From NCBI RefSeq assembly GCF_964355755.1, contig NC_092674.1, positions 22,134,001-22,198,000 on the forward strand: a stretch of DNA of 64,000 bases, given 5' to 3'. The translations under genes were made by a program, and so were the position numbers. Under the pieces are notes generated by a model. The model had not been told where the DNA came from, made no database searches, and was given only the letters and a program-made list of their open reading frames with translations. Origin of the DNA: Antedon mediterranea (Eukaryota > Animalia > Echinodermata). Positions 50,976 through 64,000 of this stretch are shown one piece after another. How positions within the stretch are numbered: the stretch's first letter is position 1; each line of letters opens with the position of its first letter.

Positions 50976-53219
50976 CATGGGAGACACATCGGCAATACTT
51001 GCATCCTCCGATTGCGCTTAACTTTCCATCGGTGATTCTTCATCTGAAGTAAAATTAAAACTTATAATTATGAATGCAATTATAAAAATGCATATCATAT
51101 GAGACTAAAGACAGAGAGAACAGAGATGTTGCATGATCATTTCTGCAACATGAATTAATCTCACGGAATGATGCAGTATCATTACGAATAGAGTTTCGCT
51201 ATTATAAATCACAATCAAATGTTTAATATCTTCATTATCATTGTTATTATTTTCTTTAATTTGTTATCACATTTCAGAGTATGACCACCATCGTCATTCT
51301 AAATAATAATTAATATAATCATAATGACTACTATATTTTGTTATCATCTTCATTGTAGCCTTTCTGATATCCCTTAGTAGTCCGTTTAACTTGTATGAGG
51401 ACTATTAAACGTTGATTTTACATCGTAGTTATTCTTCTGATTGTAATAATTAAAAAAATGTATACATAATTCTACTTATACGTCTATATGCCATACCTGT
51501 GAGGTTTAAGTGCTGCACCAATGCTAAAATATAAAAACAAATAGAAAGTTTATTCTTATAACCTTAGTCCAAATGTCTGTAATGAGTTGCTTTACAAATA
51601 TGCTTTTATAAGTCTGTTTCCTTATTTCTTATTCTAAATTTTATGAAAATTAGCAAGGAGGGAACATTAGGTTGCCTTAATATTGTTTGTATCTATATGA
51701 CTAAAATGTAAAAAAAAATCCTATTTTGTTAGTGTTGAGATATCGAATTTGGCAAGAAGTCTATAATAAATCCATAGGCCTATTCAATTGTTTACTATTT
51801 ATAATCTTACCTGGTTGTACCATAACCAAATCTACCAGTTTATCTAAAATAAAAACGCAATTAGCAGTTAATGGTTTCTCGACATGTTTAATCAAATAAT
51901 AGATTACGTATTCGCATTTTTAAATCACTGTGGTACGGAACAAACAATGTTGGTCTTCCAACTTTAGCATTCGATGGTGGCATTCCATGTGTATACAGTT
52001 AAACTTCAAACAAGTCTAAGGAAAGTTTGAATTCCTAAATTAATGTCTACATGAAGAACATCTACGTTTGTAAATTATGTGCAAAACACGATACTTGGTC
52101 TACTGCACCTACCTGTCTTCCGACGAACATTGTCAAAAGTTCTATCTAGATTTTAAAAAACAATACAAAGGTTCATTTAATGAAATTGTGTTTACATTTA
52201 ACGGTGTCATGTTTGCACATTTGTTATGAGATAATAATATTTTACAGATTTGTATAAAAGGGTGCTGCAATGTTTGCACAAAATTTTGTTATCTCTGCAC
52301 ATTTGAGCAAAATTAGGTGCTAAAATGTAACTTTGTGCTCATTTCAAGGCTCATTGTATAGTTGACAGTTTTTGTGATTTTTTCAATTCGATTATACTTT
52401 TATTTCGGATTCACGTCATAGAATATAGGCCTACTCTACATACCTTCATTTGTAGTTACTAAAACACTGAGTGCATCTGGAAAGAAAATAAAACAACAAA
52501 ACAATTATAATAAATATTTTAACTGCAGTTTAATTGGCTATTTAGTTATGTATGTATTTACATTAAATCAAAAATGTAAAATGCACTAGTGATAACTATT
52601 ATTTTTAGTATTCAGTTATGCTGTATTAGATTATGAAAGAAGTACAATAGTTTATTACTCTTTGTCATAACATATACCTGTTATTGTTGCTTTTGCTCTT
52701 CCGCAAAGGTGATCAGCAAATGTATTCAGTTGTTCTCGAGTGGCTAAATCTTTCTCTTTTTCCAGATACAGCACTATGTCCCAGATATCTTTTATATATG
52801 GTATCTTCATATTTTGTCAGGTCATGATAGGCACGTGCATTAAGGAAATCATCAGGTGTTGTGTCCGTCAAAGCTTTATAGAGTGAATGACGATACGGCA
52901 GTACACCTCTGCCATTTGCCAGATACCAATCATTTTCTTCGGCGTACTTCTTGAGTAAATTCGTTGCCATTTTACATTCTGTCAGTCTAGCAATGTCCAT
53001 GAACATCTTTAATTCATCTGGTGCCACAAAACCTTTCCATGCCAATTCGTTGAAAAAATCTAAAGGCCTTACCTTCTCCTTGGTAAGGGTATCGATATTT
53101 ACAGTGCCAGTTAACAGAAATTTTAACTTTTTCATATTGGTCCCCGTAAAATATTTGCCGAATGCATTTATAAGCTTCATATATTTTGGATCATCGGGAT
53201 ACATGTTAACAACAGACAT
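50976..53219 (-). pseudogene. Third tandem-DED paralog, DED-only or disrupted. Exons: 52678-53219, 52444-52476, 52113-52145, 51811-51843, 51497-51523, 50976-51043
   Basis: Close to the caspase DED exon (VLPYRH...ARAYHDL.KYE.TI). A 4-bp TATA insertion at ~52794 shifts the frame, which resumes as KDIWDIVLYLEKE...LCGRAKATIT. Four phase 1-1 micro-exons follow; the last exon reads DEESPMES*. No caspase or TIR exon was found downstream. Confidence 0.72.
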
Positions 53220-53756
53220 TCTATAACGAATAATAATAATAATAACAATAAAAAAAACTTCTTTAATTAAACTAGATTAAGAGACATGTGATATCTTCAA
53301 CAATCGACGAAAACAGTCACCATTATTGTTTATGTATACGTGTTTGATTCTGAAACATAATATTTTTTATTTTTTAGTCTGCATACATTAATATACATGC
53401 GTTATCAATATTAAAATGCATTATTCGTTATCTTTATGTGTTGAATAAAATAGACAACGCGCTTTATATTATAAATAAATATTATAAATTGTGACTATTT
53501 ATAATATTCGATCACAATGGCATATGCAATGATTGTTGATTTTATTTTATTTTGCAACATTAGGTTTTAGCTCGAACCTTCAGTAATTTGCTCAAACGTT
53601 TCCGGTCTGTTTAATGTGTGAGATCAGCCATGTTGAGTTTCACAATGCCTTCCATAATGTATTCAACATTTCATTTCTTTATTCTGACATAAAATCATAG
53701 GATAAAAACACAATAAAGTACCGAGACGGCAAACTTATTTCCATTGTGGTCCTAAA

Positions 53757-54125
53757 CTAGATGGTACGCTCGTGTTCACAAATGGTTCTCGAATACAGAG
53801 TAATTTCAGCGTAACAAAACTGTTTATTTTATGTACGTACCGCAGGCCTATACATTGTCGTTTACAGAAACGAATAAATAGACGATGATTTATGAATCCA
53901 AATTTTTGGATTTAAACAAACCCAATTTATGTTTTGTATATAACATTAGGGTTTAGGAATGGGGAACAATTTTTAAATATATTCTTTACCCCTCAGTAAC
54001 GAAATATGTCTTCATGTTTTATAGGCCTATATAAATACAGTAAAACATTTGCGATTTAATACTTTGTATTTTTACTTTGATTGAAATAGTAAAGTACATG
54101 TAACGATACACCACTACGACGTTTA
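53757..54125 (-). mobile_element. Helitron-like repeat family copy 4 (internally deleted)
   Basis: Starts CTAGATGGTACGCTCG; collinear with copies 1-3. Confidence 0.55.
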
Positions 54126-54604
54126 TTTTTTTTTTTACAATAGGTACACACAAAATAGGTCTACGGGAAATTTATATCTCTAGACGGACGATAATATTTA
54201 TAAAGCCTATGTGTTTGGATAGTTTAATCGAACCAGAACTTGTTATACAGAATGTGTCATTATTTATAACACACTGCACTGGATATTCTATTTACACGGG
54301 GCGATCATTGGTGTTTATTTATGCTACAATGGGTTTAGTAGCAGCATAGGCTTATTTGCAGCCTATAATTTCGAAAAATATAAACTAAATTATATATACA
54401 TATAAATTTATTCGATTGAATTGAAGATAGTTGACAATAGGTAAAACTAGAGAATATATTCATTGCCATGAGTGAACTTTGATCGAACCGACTATCAATC
54501 TACCTTTCCACAATCGGGTGCGTACCTGGGTATTCCTAGATATCAAATTCAATCTCAAGGTCATCGCTCACGAATTGCATTCTGTCTGATACTGACTACC
54601 AGCG

Positions 54605-54790
54605 AAAATGCACTAGTGATAACTATTATTTAGTATTCAGTTATTCTGTAGGCCTATTAGATTATGAAAGAAGAAGTACAATAGTTCATTACTCTTTTTC
54701 AGGTCAAAACATACCTGTTATTGTTGATTTTGCTCTTCCGCAAAGGTAATCAGAAAATGTAGGCCCTATTCAGTTGTTCTCGGGTGGATA
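54605..54790 (-). pseudogene. Fragment of a fourth DED exon 3' end plus donor and intron
   Basis: Diverged copy of 52578-52746 (ATACCTGTTATTGTTG.TTTTGCTCTTCCGCAAAGGT). Confidence 0.8.
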
Positions 54791-55254
54791 AGAGGGTGCG
54801 AACACATTTAATTCAATGTGATCTCTATATCTTCTTCAAAATAACGAGGTAGAAAACAACAAAACGTGAGGCTTGCCCAATGGCAATTTAGTCCTATCAT
54901 AGAGAATATCAATATGGACCTATAGGCCAAATTTCCTTTAAAATTGTGTACATTATTACAATTGGCGGTTTAAAATATAGCCTACAGTAACTACATTTCT
55001 TTAATATTACCTTTTTGTGTAGAACAACCACTATTTTCGTTAAGAAGAAGGAGTTCCAATTCGATCGCGGTTCACGGAGTAACAAACCATAAACACTGCT
55101 GTCACCTCACGGTAAAATGTAGACTTGCCTCAAGTCTGTAGTTATTTCGAGGCTTTCGATGTTTGTCTGAACCTGAAATCGGGCCTGAAATACAGACTTG
55201 TAAGACGCGAATAGAACTTAATCGATTAATCGAGACCGCAAACATCAGAATGAT

Positions 55255-55380
55255 AAGAATGACGTAGGATGGCTATATAGGGCGGGCCGCATGTAAATAA
55301 TGGATTTCGAATCAACCAATGATTAAACGGATGTCATTTTCGGCTTTCGTACGTAAGCAAATTGACCAATCAACAGCGAT
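55255..55380 (-). promoter_or_regulatory. Putative Pol II promoter for the third DED gene; non-coding first exon ~55011-55245
   Basis: CTATATAG, GGGCGG and two CCAAT motifs clustered upstream of a CpG-richer segment that ends in a minus-strand GTAAT donor at 55009-55010. Confidence 0.45.
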
Positions 55381-57011
55381 GGATTATTTAAACTGTCGAA
55401 TAATAAAAACAAATATAAAACAAAAATAAGGTAGGCCTACTATTAAGCATAGTAAAATATTATTATTAAATATTTAGATTGATTATGAACAGTGTTTTTA
55501 AATGTAACTAAAAATACAGAAAGTTTTATTTTATAGGGAGATCATTCCATATATAGTTTAGGTCCGGCTATTGAAACACAAATTTGATTTCTTGTTAATC
55601 TTGTAAAAGGAACATAACATTTGTTGTTCTCAAATTATATTCATTGCTTAAATTACTTTTACATAACATTTCAAACATTATAAAAAGGAAGTTTATTAGT
55701 TAATAAATTTAGCCTAAACATATAAAATAGTAACTTCATTTAAGCTGCATATTTAATTGGGGTTTTTTCGGATTTTTTTTTCTATGGAAGTAATTAACTT
55801 TATTAAAACTACTTCTTTTTAATCTTCATTTCGTGTATTTAGAGGACAATATATCTTAATATAGGTTTTTACATTATTTACAGCTCACTTTGTCGGTCGG
55901 TTGGTTGGTCGGTCGGTCGGTAAACACTAACTGCAGCCATGTATATGGCCTTGTTTTTTGTAAGTTTTAAAATCTTCTACTAGCGTTTTACTGTTAATTG
56001 TGTAATCAGTTACAATAGTTTGATGTTGTTGTTTTTTTTTTAATCTTTATTAATTTAGATTGGTATTTAGGGAAGAGTGAAATTGTAATATAATTATTAT
56101 ATAATATTTTTTATGTTAAATAATATGTTAAATATTAAGTGAGGTTGTTTTTTCTTTTTACTTATGTATACTTATAGACTTTTAAATATTGTTTAAATAG
56201 TTTAAACAGAAATGTTAACCCGGACACAGGAAGTATGCGAAACAATAAATAGGGGAATATGGGTCATAATACGGGTACTCATAATATAATGACAACAAAA
56301 AGAAAAGGAAGTGATTGGTGGGTTTGCTGTTGTTTTTTCATTCTATTTTTTTTATTTTATGCAATTTTATGGTGATTTTAATAATATTCAGTATACGAGC
56401 GATTTAGAATTTCTTTTGTGCCTGTTATTAAGTTATATGTGTAATACAAATACTCAATTTTACCATCTCTATTCGTTTTTGAAACACCTAAATGTATTTG
56501 TTCTTGGTTGCGCAAGTGGCAGTACAAAACTCTCAATTCCGATTTTTTTCTAGGTATAGGCTATGTCCGTCATTGTGTAAATGAAGAGGTTGAACCAACC
56601 ACCCAATAAGATATTTAAGCTCTTAAAAAAACAAAAACCAACTGTAGACAATTTTTTAAAATAGTAGGCCTACCTAAAAGCTATAGTTTTTTTTACAATT
56701 AATGCATAGCAAACTCGACCGTAATTTGTTGTTAATCTTTTAAACCACCGGGAATGTAACAAAACAGGTCTACTAAATTCAGGTCAAGACAAACTGCCAA
56801 CTTTAACCTTTTATATTAAAATAAAACAAATAGTGGAAAGTGTTTATGTTGCAGAAAACGAGGCGTATGATAATGATGATTTAATTTTACTTTGGCGTTC
56901 CATAGACGTAATTGTAGGAGGAAGGATTGATTATTTTGACGAAAACCGCGCTGAAAATGTTTAACGCATGCGCCCTCTAACTACGTTCAGTTATAACGAC
57001 GCAGCTCTAAA

Positions 57012-62775
<5,764 letters not shown>

Positions 62776-64000
62776 GTACCCTACTCGCATTTTCTTTATC
62801 GCTCCAACCGAGGGCGTTAATATCTTTTTTACAGAGACGTCTTTTTCTGACTAATTTCGTGGTTTGCTGTTGAAATATTCCAGATCAATTAAACTTATTC
62901 AGTGGCTCAAAAGTAAAATTTAAATGTTCCCAAATTATTGACACTATTTAAATTATTTTTACATGTTTGATTTTCATTTTTATCACTATTATAAAGAAAT
63001 TCATTACCACTAAATGGTTATTCAGAAAATGTTTAAAACACTAAATTGATTGAAAGCATTTAGCATACATTTGAGAATCAAACACAAACCAATTATTGCC
63101 AAATTTGTAACCATAGTTAAACTGTTTCCATGGCATGCATCTACTATTTGAATGTTATAATAACATATAGAAATTATACAGCAAAGAAATAAATTATTAA
63201 TGAGCAAACTGTCAGTCAGACAAAGACCTTTCTGGTAGCCATAGTAACCACAGGTGTAAACCATGCCTGAAGTGCATCAAGCAGGTATGTGAATTTTATA
63301 TTTTTCTAGCGATATTTTGTTCAAAAAAGAATTCCGTGATAGAGTGCCATTTAAATATTTTTGATGGAATGCACTTACACTATTAAAATTTCACACGTTT
63401 ATACAAAATATGTAAAGTAAATATTTATGCATTTAATTGCCGTCTTTAAAAAACCAACTACAAACATCAACTAATGCATGCCTAAAATTACATACAGGGG
63501 CAATATCCAGCAATTTCATTTTTTCAATACTAAACTACAACACAAATCTTATTTGGGAGGAATTTATTTCATACTTATGCCAACAGACAACTATATTTAA
63601 TATTTTGTTTGTTTATTTATTTGTTTATATTCAAAATATACCTTTTTCCCATCTCTACCAATCAATTTTGCATTCTTGCCACATTTCCCTGCACACATTT
63701 AGTTTTAATTACATTCATTCACACATTGTGTCAAACCTACTATTGTGGACTTTATCTATTTCAATCTAAGACCTCTATTAAAAAGGAAATATATTTAGTT
63801 ACATATCATTACTGATCTTGTATGGTTCAATAAGCACTAAATTTAGATAATTTGTAACCGTGATAGTTATAATCGTCATACGTGGATAATTTAAATAAAC
63901 ATATTGGTATAAAGTTACTAAAAAAATTTTATTATATTAATTATTTCTGCATATTATTCTATATCATATTGTTAATAATTATTATTAATAAAGATATGTG

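Overview
AT-rich, intron-rich animal genomic DNA (invertebrate by inference), not prokaryotic. The minus strand carries a cluster of three paralogous genes that all begin with one large exon encoding a divergent tandem death-effector-domain (DED-DED)-like module, followed by symmetric phase-1 linker micro-exons. They end differently: (1) a caspase-8-like protease (2334-27092, active-site QACRN), (2) an apparently intact DED-DED gene fused to a SARM1-type TIR/NADase domain without ARM or SAM domains (41771-47407), and (3) a DED-only or disrupted copy (50976-53219). The splicing factor U2SURP/SR140 starts divergently at 57012 on the plus strand and runs off the window. A 19-kb intron of the caspase gene holds a nested stack: a Penelope element whose hammerhead ribozyme is split by a young BEL/Pao LTR element (possibly self-priming), which carries two DINE-1-like Helentrons, one containing a full-length CR1/L2-group LINE. 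MITEs (MULE- and P-like), Helitron-like repeats, LINE fragments and TA-site micro-insertions (TAGGCCTA) fill the rest. All gene models were spliced and translated by hand; no database searches were run.
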